Assembly (NCBI GenBank): GCA_030602705.1
Contig: JAUVZF010000004.1
Location: forward strand, 11,460-75,459
Reading direction: 5' to 3'
DNA from: Planctomycetota bacterium
GTDB taxonomy: Bacteria; Planctomycetota; Phycisphaerae; FEN-1346
DNA: 64,000 nucleotides
The position numbers and the translations under genes were made by a program. Shown in pieces: positions 18,356 through 27,878 of this stretch (within the stretch, counting starts at the first letter, position 1; each line of letters starts with the position of its first letter). The notes beneath the pieces were generated by a model, which was not told the DNA's origin, did not search any database, and was given only the letters and a program-made list of their open reading frames with translations.

Positions 18356-18970
18356 CTAGCGCCCCCATCGGCGCCGCATCGCCACGATCCCCAGGCTGCC
18401 GAGCCCGAAAAACGCCAGTGTCGCCGGTTCCGGCACCGGCGTCTGCGTCATGGTAAATGAGAACAAGCCGCTCACGTCCACGTTGATGTCGAAGTCCAGC
18501 GTAAGTGTCTCGCCCGGCGCAACGGTATCCGGCGCGGTGTACGTAATGAGGCTCGGCGTCACGACGCCCGCCCCGAAGTGGCTGCTCGTGGCGGCGCCCA
18601 CAAACTCGGTGCCCGTACCCTCCAGGGCCACCGTGTAACCGTTCCAGAGAACGCCCGAACTGTTCTCCACGTCCTTGGTGATGTGCATGACGGGGTCGGC
18701 ATCGGTCTCGCCGGAAACGACAAGGGGGAACGGGTCGAGGCCCTTGAACCTCTCCTGCATTCCCAGATGGCCCTTCTCGGCCTGCATGTCGAACACCCAG
18801 TCCGGACACTTCGCCCAGGCCGGTGGCCCGTTGTGACCGTGGCCGGGGCCCGTGGGCAATTCGACCGTAATCGTTTCCACAATGAATCCCGCTGTCGCCG
18901 CGTTCACGATCACTCCGAGCGTGACGATTCCAGCGACAAGAACCAACAGGAGAGATGTCTTACACATCAT
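18356..18970 (-). CDS. PEP-CTERM sorting-domain protein, unknown function
   Basis: The C-terminus VPEPATLAFFGLGSLGIVAMRRRWGR is a PEP motif plus TM plus basic tail. The N-terminal signal is MMCKTSLLLVLVAGIVTLGVIV. Start placed at the MM codons (18970). Confidence 0.75.
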   Translation of the reverse strand: MMCKTSLLLVLVAGIVTLGVIVNAATAGFIVETITVELPTGPGHGHNGPPAWAKCPDWVFDMQAEKGHLGMQERFKGLDPFPLVVSGETDADPVMHITKDVENSSGVLWNGYTVALEGTGTEFVGAATSSHFGAGVVTPSLITYTAPDTVAPGETLTLDFDINVDVSGLFSFTMTQTPVPEPATLAFFGLGSLGIVAMRRRWGR

Positions 18971-19426
18971 CTTACCCTTTCCGGAACGAAAAGTTTCCCA
19001 CCCCCATCTCAAAGAAAGAGGAAAACCAGAGTTGCCGAGCCACGTCATAACGGGCCTATGCTATGCCCAGCGCTGCTCTCGTCCTCCGTAGCAAAAACAA
19101 AGGAGATCAGCCGCATTGGCCGACCTCCCCCGGCACTCAATCTGTCACGTCCCGGCCCGCCTCCCAACGGGCCACTCCCATTATGACTCATAAAGCCGCC
19201 AAAGTCAAATCGTCCGACGTTTTTTCGCTCTTATACCGCAGCGCTGGCATGCAAGACGGGTAGAGGACGGGGGTTTTTCGCCAAGCGGGGGGGCAACATA
19301 AGCGATTGTGCCACAACAACTTACACGATCACGCCCCAGGCCGCCCGTCTTTCGCGCTCCGAAAGGGGCGAAAGAACACGGCCCGTACGGGCTGCGGCAC
19401 ACCGCAAAGGCTGGATCGCGGTGCAG

Positions 19427-20284
19427 TTACCCCCTCGTTAGCCGGCGGAACGCCTCGGCCAACTGCTTCGTGACCGGGCCCGGCCTGCCGGTGCCGATCG
19501 GCCGCTTGTCGATCCGGACCACCGGCACGACCTCGGCGGCGGTCCCCGTCAGGAAGCACTCGTCGGCCACGTACAGGTCCTGGCGTGTGATGTTTTCCTC
19601 GCGGACCTCCAGGCCCTGCTCGCGTGCGATGCCGATGATCTCGTTGCGCGTAATGCCCTCCAGGATCCCCGCCGCGATGGGCGGCGTGAACACAGCGCCA
19701 TCCCGTACGATGAACAGGTTGTCGCCCGTGCACTCGGCCACGTACCCCAGGTGGTTGAGCATGACGGCCTCGAGCGTTCCCGCGTCGATGGCCTCGATCT
19801 TCGCCAGGATGTTGTTCAGGTAATTGAGGCTCTTCAGGCGCGGGTTGAGGGCGTTCGGATGGTTCCGCATCGTCGCCGCCGTGATGATGTCCAGGCCGTT
19901 CTCGTACAACTCGTCCGGATAGAGCGAGATCTTGTCGGTAATGATGAAGACGTTGGGCTCCAGACACCGGTTCGGGTCCAGGCCCAGGGTTCCCGCGCCG
20001 CGCGTCACCACGACGCGGATGTAGGAGTCGCGGAGACTATTGGCCTGGAGGGTGTCGGTGATGGCCTTGGCTATCTCCTCCTGCGAGATGGGGATCGTCA
20101 GGCGGATACCCAGGGCCGAATCGTACAGCCGACGAACGTGGGCCTGGAGGCGAAAGACCTTGCCGCCGTAGGACCGGATGCCCTCGAAGACGCCGTCGCC
20201 GTACAGGACGCCGTGGTCGAAGACCGAGATCTTGGCGTCCTCGCGGTCCACCAGGTCGCCGTTGAGCCAGACCTTCAGCCCCAT
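19427..20284 (-). CDS. ilvE: branched-chain amino-acid aminotransferase (class IV PLP)
   Basis: MGLKVWLNGDLVDREDAKISVFDHGVLYGDGVFEGIRSY and NPRLKSLNYLNNILAKIEA (PLP lysine region) are typical short-form IlvE strings. The 19427..20752 ORF is an N-terminal over-extension. Confidence 0.85.
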   Translation of the reverse strand: MGLKVWLNGDLVDREDAKISVFDHGVLYGDGVFEGIRSYGGKVFRLQAHVRRLYDSALGIRLTIPISQEEIAKAITDTLQANSLRDSYIRVVVTRGAGTLGLDPNRCLEPNVFIITDKISLYPDELYENGLDIITAATMRNHPNALNPRLKSLNYLNNILAKIEAIDAGTLEAVMLNHLGYVAECTGDNLFIVRDGAVFTPPIAAGILEGITRNEIIGIAREQGLEVREENITRQDLYVADECFLTGTAAEVVPVVRIDKRPIGTGRPGPVTKQLAEAFRRLTRG

Positions 20285-20423
20285 GATTCTCTTCCTTCCT
20301 GCCGTCCCCGGCGGGTGGCCGCCGAGCTGCGAGCGTAAGCGAGCGGTCCGCTCCCTCACGGTCGCGGCTCGGACACGGCCGCCCGAGCGCGCCGCCCGGC
20401 GAGCACCAAAATGTATCGGCCCG

Positions 20424-21125
<702 letters not shown>

Positions 21126-21178
21126 GGGTTATCCACTCGCTTACGCTCGCGGCTAGTTACGCCTTCCGCGTTCCGCGT

Positions 21179-22912
21179 TCATTCGTAGCGCAGCGCCTCC
21201 ACCGGCTGCTTGAGGGCGGCGAGCAATCCGCCCGCCATGCTCGCCAGCGTCGAGAGGGCCAGCACACCCGCCCCGATCGCCACGCACCAGGCGGGCGACG
21301 TGTGCTGAGGAATGTGGTCGAAGTAGTACATCTCGCGCGGGAACACGTCGATATCGAGCGTCCGGTTCACCCAGACCTCGATCGGGTCCAGGTTCGCCAG
21401 CATCAGAAGCGCCGCCGTCATGCCGACAGTCACGCCGATTACGCCGATGATGAACCCGTAGCCCAAGAACAAACTGCCGACGCCGGCGTCGCGCGCCCCG
21501 AGGGCCTTCAGGATTCCCACGTCCCGCGCCTTGATGTAGGCCATGACGTACGAGATCAGGCCGATCAGGACGCCGAACCCGAGAAGCATCACGCCCAGCA
21601 TCAGGGCCGTGATGTTCCGCTCAACCTCCACGACCGTCAGGATCATCCGCTGCTGCGTCTCCCAGGTGTTGATCGAAAGTTGCAGGACGCCCACTTCGGG
21701 CCGCTCGCGGCCGAAGTCGCGCCACACGTCCTCGATCTTGCGGACGAGCGTCTCGGCCTGGGACGGGTCGGCGATCCTGACCTGAATCTGGTTCGTCCGT
21801 GCCGGCACGGCGGGCTTGCCTTCGGCGGCGGGTTGGGCGTCCATCCCCGCCATCTGCTGGGCCACGTCGAAATCCACGTACACGTGCGACGAGTCGGCCT
21901 CCCAGTAGCCGCTCTTGAACCGGTCCACCACCGTGAAGGCGCGGCTGGAGACCTTCGGGATGCCGCCCGCTTCCATCGCCAGGGCGCCGCTCGGGCGGAT
22001 CGGAATCGTCGAGACCACCAGATCCCCGCCATACGGAAGAAGAGGGAAGTCGATGACCTGCGGCCGCGTAATCTGGACCTCGCGGACCGGCATGAAGGAG
22101 GCCGCCGCAACCAACGCCATGAACACCACGACGCACAGGATCGTGGCAACCGTCCAGCCTGCGCGTCCCTGGCGGCGGCGTCCGGCCCGCCACACAAACA
22201 GGCTGGCCAGGGCTGCGGGGACCGCCAGGAACGCTGCCAGCACCCGCCGCCCGGCCCCTTCCCGCATGGTCTCCGGCACGGGACTGCTCATCGGCGCACC
22301 GATGACGCCGACTCCGGCGATGCACCCCGGCCGCGCCGGACGGGGGCCGCGGTGCCACGCCTCCGGTACGTTCAGGAGGTCGGCCGCCGCATACTGCGAC
22401 CCCCGCTGCCGCTGAAGGTACTCGTGGAAGCGGCCCATCTCGGCCTTCTCGCCCGGGCGGATGCCGATGATGACACACGGCCGCACGAGCGGCTTGATGC
22501 TGCTCAGACGCGGTTTGACCCGTGCCACGGCGTAGGTCTGAATGACCGGGCTGGCGGCCTCGACGCCCTCGATCGCCTCGATACGCCGGGCGAGTTCCTC
22601 GTAGTGCGGCAACCCTTCCATGTGGGCATCGACGATGATGTCCGAGAGCGTCCCGCGAGTCATCTCGCGCGTCTCGCGCACGAAGCCGTCCATGATCGCG
22701 AACACGAGGATCAGCAGGAACACGCCGAGGGCGGCCGGCAATGCCGAGACCAGCGGCACCACCGCTTTCCAGCCGCAGAACAGGTACTTGGCGCAGATGA
22801 TGTGCTTATAGACCGGCGTGGCAAGCATCAGGGCGAGCAGGCCGAGCGCCACAACGCCCGCCCCGACGGCGGCCGGAATCAGCCACGGCGACGCCAGCCA
22901 CTGTCCGTCCAT
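21179..22912 (-). CDS. ABC transporter permease, FtsX/LolE-MacB family with enlarged periplasmic domain
   Basis: N-terminal TM, a long extracytoplasmic segment and a C-terminal FtsX-type 3-TM block (ILKALGARDAGVGSLFLGYGFIIGVIGVTVG). At 577 aa it is longer than canonical LolC/E. Confidence 0.75.
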   Translation of the reverse strand: MDGQWLASPWLIPAAVGAGVVALGLLALMLATPVYKHIICAKYLFCGWKAVVPLVSALPAALGVFLLILVFAIMDGFVRETREMTRGTLSDIIVDAHMEGLPHYEELARRIEAIEGVEAASPVIQTYAVARVKPRLSSIKPLVRPCVIIGIRPGEKAEMGRFHEYLQRQRGSQYAAADLLNVPEAWHRGPRPARPGCIAGVGVIGAPMSSPVPETMREGAGRRVLAAFLAVPAALASLFVWRAGRRRQGRAGWTVATILCVVVFMALVAAASFMPVREVQITRPQVIDFPLLPYGGDLVVSTIPIRPSGALAMEAGGIPKVSSRAFTVVDRFKSGYWEADSSHVYVDFDVAQQMAGMDAQPAAEGKPAVPARTNQIQVRIADPSQAETLVRKIEDVWRDFGRERPEVGVLQLSINTWETQQRMILTVVEVERNITALMLGVMLLGFGVLIGLISYVMAYIKARDVGILKALGARDAGVGSLFLGYGFIIGVIGVTVGMTAALLMLANLDPIEVWVNRTLDIDVFPREMYYFDHIPQHTSPAWCVAIGAGVLALSTLASMAGGLLAALKQPVEALRYE

Positions 22913-22990
22913 GCGATAGGCCCTCGTGCGCTATATCGGTTTCGAAGCGCGAGGCGGGCCAGACGCGCCGGGCCCATACGGGTCCGTACT

Positions 22991-23011
22991 GGGACAAGCC
23001 CGGCGGCTAAC
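22991..23011 (-). repeat. degenerate copy of the GTTAGCC-hairpin element; contains the lysS stop codon
   Basis: The + strand reads gggacaagcccggcggctaac. The cta at 23007-23009 is the TAG stop of lysS. Confidence 0.6.
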
Positions 23012-24494
23012 TCGCCTCGTCGGCGTCGGGCGCCTGTCCGCCCGTGCCGTCGGCCCCGCCGCGCGGCCGCAGGGCGGGGAACAGCACCACGTCGCGAATG
23101 CTCGACGCGTTCACAAGCAGCATGACCAGGCGGTCGATGCCGATGCCCAACCCGCCGGCCGGCGGCATCCCGTGCTTGAGGGCCTCCAGGAAGTCGGTGT
23201 CCATGACGGCCATCGTCTCGTCCTGGCCGGCCAACTGGATGCCCAGCGCCTCTTGCTGCACGTCCGGGTCGTTGAGTTCCGTATAGGCGTTGCCGATCTC
23301 CATCCCGGCGACCATCGGCTCGAACCGCTCGGCGATGTCGGGGTAGTCGGCCTTGCGTTTCGTCAGAGGGCACAGCCGCGCGGGCCAGTCACAGACGTGA
23401 GTCGGCTGGATGATGTGCGGCTCGACCGTGGCCTCGAAGATGTCGTGCATGACCACGTCGAGGTGCTTGCCGCCTTCCTCGATACCCAGTTCGCGGGCCT
23501 TCTGACGTACGGCCGGGTCGTCGCCCGGCACGAGACCCGCGTACTCCTCCAGCAGATCCGCATACCGTGCCCGCCGCCACGGCGCCTTGTACTCCAGTTC
23601 CGTATCGCCGAACGGCAGGCACGTCTTGCCGCCGGAGACCGTGCGGGCCAGGTGCTCCAGAAGCGTCTCGACGATCTCCATCATGTCGGTGTAATCGGCG
23701 TAGGCCTGGTACAGTTCCAGGAGCGTGAACTCGGGGTTGTGCCTGGTCGAGATGCCCTCGTTGCGGAACACGCGGCTGATCTCGAATACGCGGTCCATGC
23801 CGCCCACCAGCAGCCGCTTCAGGTACAGTTCCGGCGAAATACGCAGGTAGAAGTCCGTATCGAGCGCGTTGTGGTGCGTGACGAACGGCCGCGCGGCCGC
23901 CCCGCCGTAAATCGGCTGGAGGACCGGCGTCTCGACCTCCACGAACCCGCGCTGGTGCAGAAACCCGCGAACCTCCTCCAGAATGAGCGACCGTTTCAGA
24001 AAAACCTCACGCACCTCGGGGTTGGCAAACAGGTCAACGTACCGCCGGCGATACCGGGCCTCGACGTCCTGCAGGCCGTGCCATTTTTCGGGCGGCGGCA
24101 GGAGCGCCTTCGTCAGGATGTCGAACCCGGCCACCTCGACCGTGATCTCACCCGTCCGGGTGGTGACGAGGCGGCCTTCGGCGCCGACCCAGTCGGCGAG
24201 GTCCAGCAGTTTGACCCGCTCCCAGTCCTGGTCCGAGAGAACCTTCCTGCTGAAGGCGAGTTGGATGTGGCCGGTCCGGTCCGAAAGGTCCGCAAAGACG
24301 AGTTTGCCGAACTCACGCAGGGCGGTCAGCCGTCCGGCCACGCGGGCCGGCGCGCCATCGCCCACCGTCTCGTAGCGCCGCCGCGCCTCGTCCGCCCCGA
24401 TCGTGTCGGGATACCGGTGGCCGAAGGGGTCCAGCCCCTTCTGGCGGAGGATATCGGCCTTGCGGCGTCTCGCTTGTTCGTACTCGTTTGCCAT
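23007..24494 (-). CDS. lysS: lysine--tRNA ligase (class II)
   Basis: OB-fold N-terminus and class II motifs (FRNEGISTRHNPEFT, GGLGIGIDRLVMLL). The C-terminal approx 17 aa (GGADGTGGQAPDADEAS) extend beyond the usual ..VVLFPALR end. Confidence 0.9.
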   Translation of the reverse strand: MANEYEQARRRKADILRQKGLDPFGHRYPDTIGADEARRRYETVGDGAPARVAGRLTALREFGKLVFADLSDRTGHIQLAFSRKVLSDQDWERVKLLDLADWVGAEGRLVTTRTGEITVEVAGFDILTKALLPPPEKWHGLQDVEARYRRRYVDLFANPEVREVFLKRSLILEEVRGFLHQRGFVEVETPVLQPIYGGAAARPFVTHHNALDTDFYLRISPELYLKRLLVGGMDRVFEISRVFRNEGISTRHNPEFTLLELYQAYADYTDMMEIVETLLEHLARTVSGGKTCLPFGDTELEYKAPWRRARYADLLEEYAGLVPGDDPAVRQKARELGIEEGGKHLDVVMHDIFEATVEPHIIQPTHVCDWPARLCPLTKRKADYPDIAERFEPMVAGMEIGNAYTELNDPDVQQEALGIQLAGQDETMAVMDTDFLEALKHGMPPAGGLGIGIDRLVMLLVNASSIRDVVLFPALRPRGGADGTGGQAPDADEAS

Positions 24495-24665
24495 ACTGGT
24501 TCGCTTCTGAAGAGGTCGCGTCTAAGGAACGCGACCCGCCGCCGCCCCACCCGTACGGGCCGGGCGCGGCGGGTTCGGCCCGGGTGCACGAGTCGGATAA
24601 TAGGCCCGCTGCGTCCCCGGAGCAAGGAAAAGTTGCGGTGGGTGCGTCGCGTTCGTTGAAAAGCG

Positions 24666-24694
24666 TGGCAACAACGTGTGCCCAGTCCTATAAT
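24666..24694 (+). promoter_or_regulatory. possible sigma70-type promoter (TGGCAA-N17-TATAAT)
   Basis: A perfect TATAAT lies at 24689-24694, inside the 5' part of the listed 24678 ORF. This argues for the downstream GTG start. Confidence 0.35.
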
Positions 24695-24734
24695 GGCGGA
24701 TTGCTCGACAACACTCTGGCGAAGGGGGAGAGGA

Positions 24735-26150
24735 GTGGTGGGAATCGTCGTCGCGCTTGTCACCCTGGCGGCTGCGGGGCCGCTGCACACGGGGTCCGCC
24801 GAGAGTCCGGGGCCGGCTGCGTCCGCCGTCGCTACGGCGCCGCCCGCGCCCTCGCCCGTGCTGGCCTACATTCCCAATGACGCTGACTTTGTGGTCCACG
24901 TCCGCATGGCTGCGCTCGCCAGGACCAACCTGTGGAAGATGCTCGCCGATCCCGCGCTGCGCCTGCGCCGACGACTCACGGAGATCCTGCCGCCGGCCAT
25001 CGATCTGGAGAAGGACGTCGTGGCGGTCGGCTTGGTGAGTTCGCCGCAGGACCTTCTGGATGAGGGCAACTTCGGCCTGATCCTGCACATGAGCCGCGAC
25101 GTCGAAGCCAAGGACCTGCTCGAGGAGACGCGCCCGGTCGTTCCCATACCGGGCGTCCCGACGCCCGTTTACAGCCTTGGCACTGAGAAGACGTTGGCCG
25201 TCCCCGAGCCTCGCATCGCGGTGATAGCGTCGAACCGTGATTATCTGGCCCGCATGCTAGTGGCCGCGCGCGGGCCGAAGACCGGCGCCGCAACGAATCA
25301 GACGCCGGCCCCGCCCGGCGAGATCACCTTCGTCGTCCGTGTGCCGGCCAGCCTGAAGGACGTGATCCTGGAGGAGTACCGGCGGTTCCAACAGAAGACG
25401 CTGCGGCCGAACATGGACGCCGACGCGCTGATGGCGTTCGCCCTGTATTACAACCTGGTGCGGATCGCGCTCGAGGCCGAGACCGTGACGGGGTCGCTGG
25501 ACCTCGCGCGCGAGGCCGACGCGCTTCGCGCCCGCGTGCGCTTTGCCTCGCCGAAGATGGCGCGGTTCATGGCCGACCTGCTCCAGGCGCTGGCCGATCC
25601 GCTTCAGATGGCCCTGCCGGCCCTGCTCGGCGGGCAACCGCTTGAGGAACCGGCGTCGGAACCGCTCTACCGGGCCACGGCCGACGAGGGGACGGTTCAC
25701 CTCGCCATGTCGCGCAGCGCCGCCTACCGTTTCGTCAACAACCTGGTCGAAACCGTCAGGCAGGTCACCTCCGACGACGTGGCCCGCAACGCCAGCGCGC
25801 GGAACCTGCTGATCCTCGGCGAGGCCGTCCACGTCTATCGCACCATCAAGGGGACGTTCCCGAGGACCTGGTCGGACCTGACGCGGGCGAACCTCATCCG
25901 CGACCCGGCGGTTCTCCGCAACCCCGCCCTGAAGACGCACCGGCCGGCGGGCGATTACGAACTCGTGCCCCTCACGAAGCGGGTGACCGAACGCGACTGG
26001 CTTCTGGCGGTCCTCGCCTACGAGGTGTATCCTGACGGCCGGGAGCCGCCGCGTCTGAACGTCCTCTTCGCCGACGGGCACGTGGAATGCATCGACCCAG
26101 CAAAGTTCCGCCGGCTGTACCAGCAGACGCTCGACTGTTTCGGGCGATAG
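24735..26150 (+). CDS. secreted protein of unknown function with a C-terminal H-X9-DG-like (DUF1559-type) motif
   Basis: GTG start (24735 or 24738) after a GGGGGAGAGGA purine tract. Signal-like VVGIVVALVTLAAAGPLHTGSA. The C-terminal NVLFADGHVECID resembles the H-X9-DG end of DUF1559 proteins, but there is no prepilin-type N-terminus. Confidence 0.5.
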   Translation: MVGIVVALVTLAAAGPLHTGSAESPGPAASAVATAPPAPSPVLAYIPNDADFVVHVRMAALARTNLWKMLADPALRLRRRLTEILPPAIDLEKDVVAVGLVSSPQDLLDEGNFGLILHMSRDVEAKDLLEETRPVVPIPGVPTPVYSLGTEKTLAVPEPRIAVIASNRDYLARMLVAARGPKTGAATNQTPAPPGEITFVVRVPASLKDVILEEYRRFQQKTLRPNMDADALMAFALYYNLVRIALEAETVTGSLDLAREADALRARVRFASPKMARFMADLLQALADPLQMALPALLGGQPLEEPASEPLYRATADEGTVHLAMSRSAAYRFVNNLVETVRQVTSDDVARNASARNLLILGEAVHVYRTIKGTFPRTWSDLTRANLIRDPAVLRNPALKTHRPAGDYELVPLTKRVTERDWLLAVLAYEVYPDGREPPRLNVLFADGHVECIDPAKFRRLYQQTLDCFGR

Positions 26151-26184
26151 AAGGGGCCTCACGGCCGCTGTCAAGGGGAACGTA

Positions 26185-27180
26185 ATGCCACGAACGTTCG
26201 TCAACCAGTTGACCATTCCGGGCACCATCGTTGAGGCGGTGTTCCACGTGGCGCAGAAGGACCTGCGGACCACCAAGAAAGGGACGCTGTTCATCTCGGC
26301 CAAACTCCGCGACCGCACGGGCGAGGTGCCCGCCGTCATGTGGGATGCCACCGAGGCGCTGTTTGCCGCCATTCCGCAGGGTGGTTACGCGATGGTCAAG
26401 GGCCGCGTGGGCCAATACAACGACGCGCCGCAGATCGTTATCGAGGCCATGCGGCCCGCCCGGGACAACGAGGTTGACTTGGCCTATTTCCTGCCCAAGG
26501 GCCCCGGCGACCCGGAGGAACATCTGGTGCGCCTCAAGGAGGTCCTGGACACGATCGAGAGGCCGGCGCTTCGGGCGGTGCTCGACGTGGTGTGGGGGGA
26601 TGCGGACCTGATGGCGGCGCTGAAGCGTGCCCCGGCCGCCGAGAAACTCCACCATGCCTACCTCGGCGGTCTGCTCGAACACACGCTGAGCATCGCCGAA
26701 GCGGCCGTCCTCATCTGCCAGCACTACCCGAAACTCGACCGCGACCTGCTCCTGTTCGGCGTCCTCTGGCACGACATCGGAAAGACCCGCGAACTGCATT
26801 ATGCCGAGTCGTTCGGCTACACCGACGCCGGGAATCTCGTCGGCCACATCGTGCAGGGCGTCCTGATGCTCCAGGAAAAGATCCGCCAGGTCCGCGCCGC
26901 CGGTACCGAGTTCCCGGAGGAACTGGCTCACGTGCTGCGGCACCTGGTCCTGGCGCATCACGGCGAGCACGAGTTCGGCAGCCCGAAACTGCCGATGACG
27001 GCCGAGGCGTTTGCCCTGCACCACCTCGACAACCTCGACGCCAAACTGCACGCCTTCTGGCGCGACGTGGCATCCGACGCCGACCCGTCGCGCCGCTGGA
27101 CCGCCTGGAACCGCATGTTCGAAGGTCGCCTGTTCAAAGGGTTCGAGGAATTGGGCGCCGATGACGAGGACGCCGACTGA
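26185..27180 (+). CDS. OB-fold + HD-domain 3'-5' exoribonuclease (YhaM/Cbf1 family)
   Basis: N-terminal OB segment (KKGTLFISAKLRDRTGEVPAVMWDA..VKGRVGQYNDAPQIVI), then the HD domain (HHAYLGGLLEHTLS..LLFGVLWHDIGK). Confidence 0.7.
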   Translation: MPRTFVNQLTIPGTIVEAVFHVAQKDLRTTKKGTLFISAKLRDRTGEVPAVMWDATEALFAAIPQGGYAMVKGRVGQYNDAPQIVIEAMRPARDNEVDLAYFLPKGPGDPEEHLVRLKEVLDTIERPALRAVLDVVWGDADLMAALKRAPAAEKLHHAYLGGLLEHTLSIAEAAVLICQHYPKLDRDLLLFGVLWHDIGKTRELHYAESFGYTDAGNLVGHIVQGVLMLQEKIRQVRAAGTEFPEELAHVLRHLVLAHHGEHEFGSPKLPMTAEAFALHHLDNLDAKLHAFWRDVASDADPSRRWTAWNRMFEGRLFKGFEELGADDEDAD

Positions 27181-27200
27181 AGCGTGAAGCGTTCGTGCAC

Positions 27201-27217
27201 GTTAGCCGCCGCGCTTG
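27201..27217 (+). repeat. partial GTTAGCC-hairpin element in plus orientation, 21 nt after the yhaM-like stop
   Basis: gttagccgccgcgcttg is the exact reverse complement of the caagcgcggcggctaac core seen at 30560-30576 and 57334-57350. Confidence 0.6.
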
Positions 27218-27261
27218 TCGAAGACCCGCTATAGCGGGCAACGCCCGCGGCGGCGGGCGCG

Positions 27262-27297
27262 GCGCGTGCAACGCGCCGAGTCAACTCGCCGGCTAAC
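27262..27297 (-). repeat. variant GTTAGCC-hairpin element; contains the ylbF-like stop codon
   Basis: The + strand reads gcgcgtgcaacgcgc cgagtcaactcg ccggctaac (two short hairpins). The cta at 27293-27295 is the TAG stop of the 27293..27682 gene. Confidence 0.6.
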
Positions 27298-27682
27298 TTG
27301 GCGTCGCCGGCTCGGCGGGCTCGGCTTCCTGCTCGCCTTGCGAGATGGCGCGGAAGATCGTGTCGTTCATTCGGCGCATCAGTTCGGCGTAATCGGCCTG
27401 GGCCAGCGTGAAGGCCTTGATCGTTTCGTTGGCCGCCACGGCGTTGTGCAGGCGCTGGAGTTCCCGTTTCTCGACAACCTCGACCGGCTCGGTGGCGGCC
27501 TCCTTGCGGGCAATCTCTGCGGCGGCCTTGTTGTAGGCCTCCAGTGCGTCGGTGGCGGTCTTGTCGGCCCGGACGGCCTCGTCGCCGGCGCGCAACGTCA
27601 CGTACCGCGGGTGCGTGCGGATCAGTTCGCCCAACCGCTTCGCCTGCTCCAGCACCTCGTCAAAGCCCTCGTTCTCGGCCAT
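27293..27682 (-). CDS. YlbF/YmcA-family regulatory protein (UPF0342, Y-complex-like)
   Basis: 129-aa helical protein. LEQAKRLGELIRTHPRYVTLRAGDEAVRADKTATDALEAYNK and ANETIKAFTLAQADYAELMRRMNDTI follow the YlbF/YmcA pattern. Confidence 0.6.
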   Translation of the reverse strand: MAENEGFDEVLEQAKRLGELIRTHPRYVTLRAGDEAVRADKTATDALEAYNKAAAEIARKEAATEPVEVVEKRELQRLHNAVAANETIKAFTLAQADYAELMRRMNDTIFRAISQGEQEAEPAEPATPS

Positions 27683-27816
27683 GGCGTCTGTCTCCGCATG
27701 CGTGTGCCCTTAGAGCGTACGCCCCTGCGTGCCCAAAGGCAAGGGACCGCTGCGGATTTGGCGGGTGGCACCCGGCTGTGGCTGAGCGCTGGCGTGGCGC
27801 TGTCGGCCGCTGCGGA

Positions 27817-27845
27817 TTGATACCGTGCCGGGCGGCGCTTATACT
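27817..27845 (+). promoter_or_regulatory. sigma70-type promoter upstream of rnr (TTGATA-N17-TATACT)
   Basis: TTGATA at 27817-27822 and TATACT at 27840-27845, 34 nt before the ATG at 27879. Confidence 0.5.
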
Positions 27846-27878
27846 GTCTCTTGCGACCGTTACACGGAAAGAGCCTGC

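Noticed and set aside
19436-19448. cgttagccggcgg near the ilvE stop, as another member of the GTTAGCC hairpin family
   Set aside because: It lies on the wrong strand relative to the gene (it encodes RRLT in ilvE), no hairpin follows, and the ilvE stop is a TAA 7 nt away. It is probably chance similarity.
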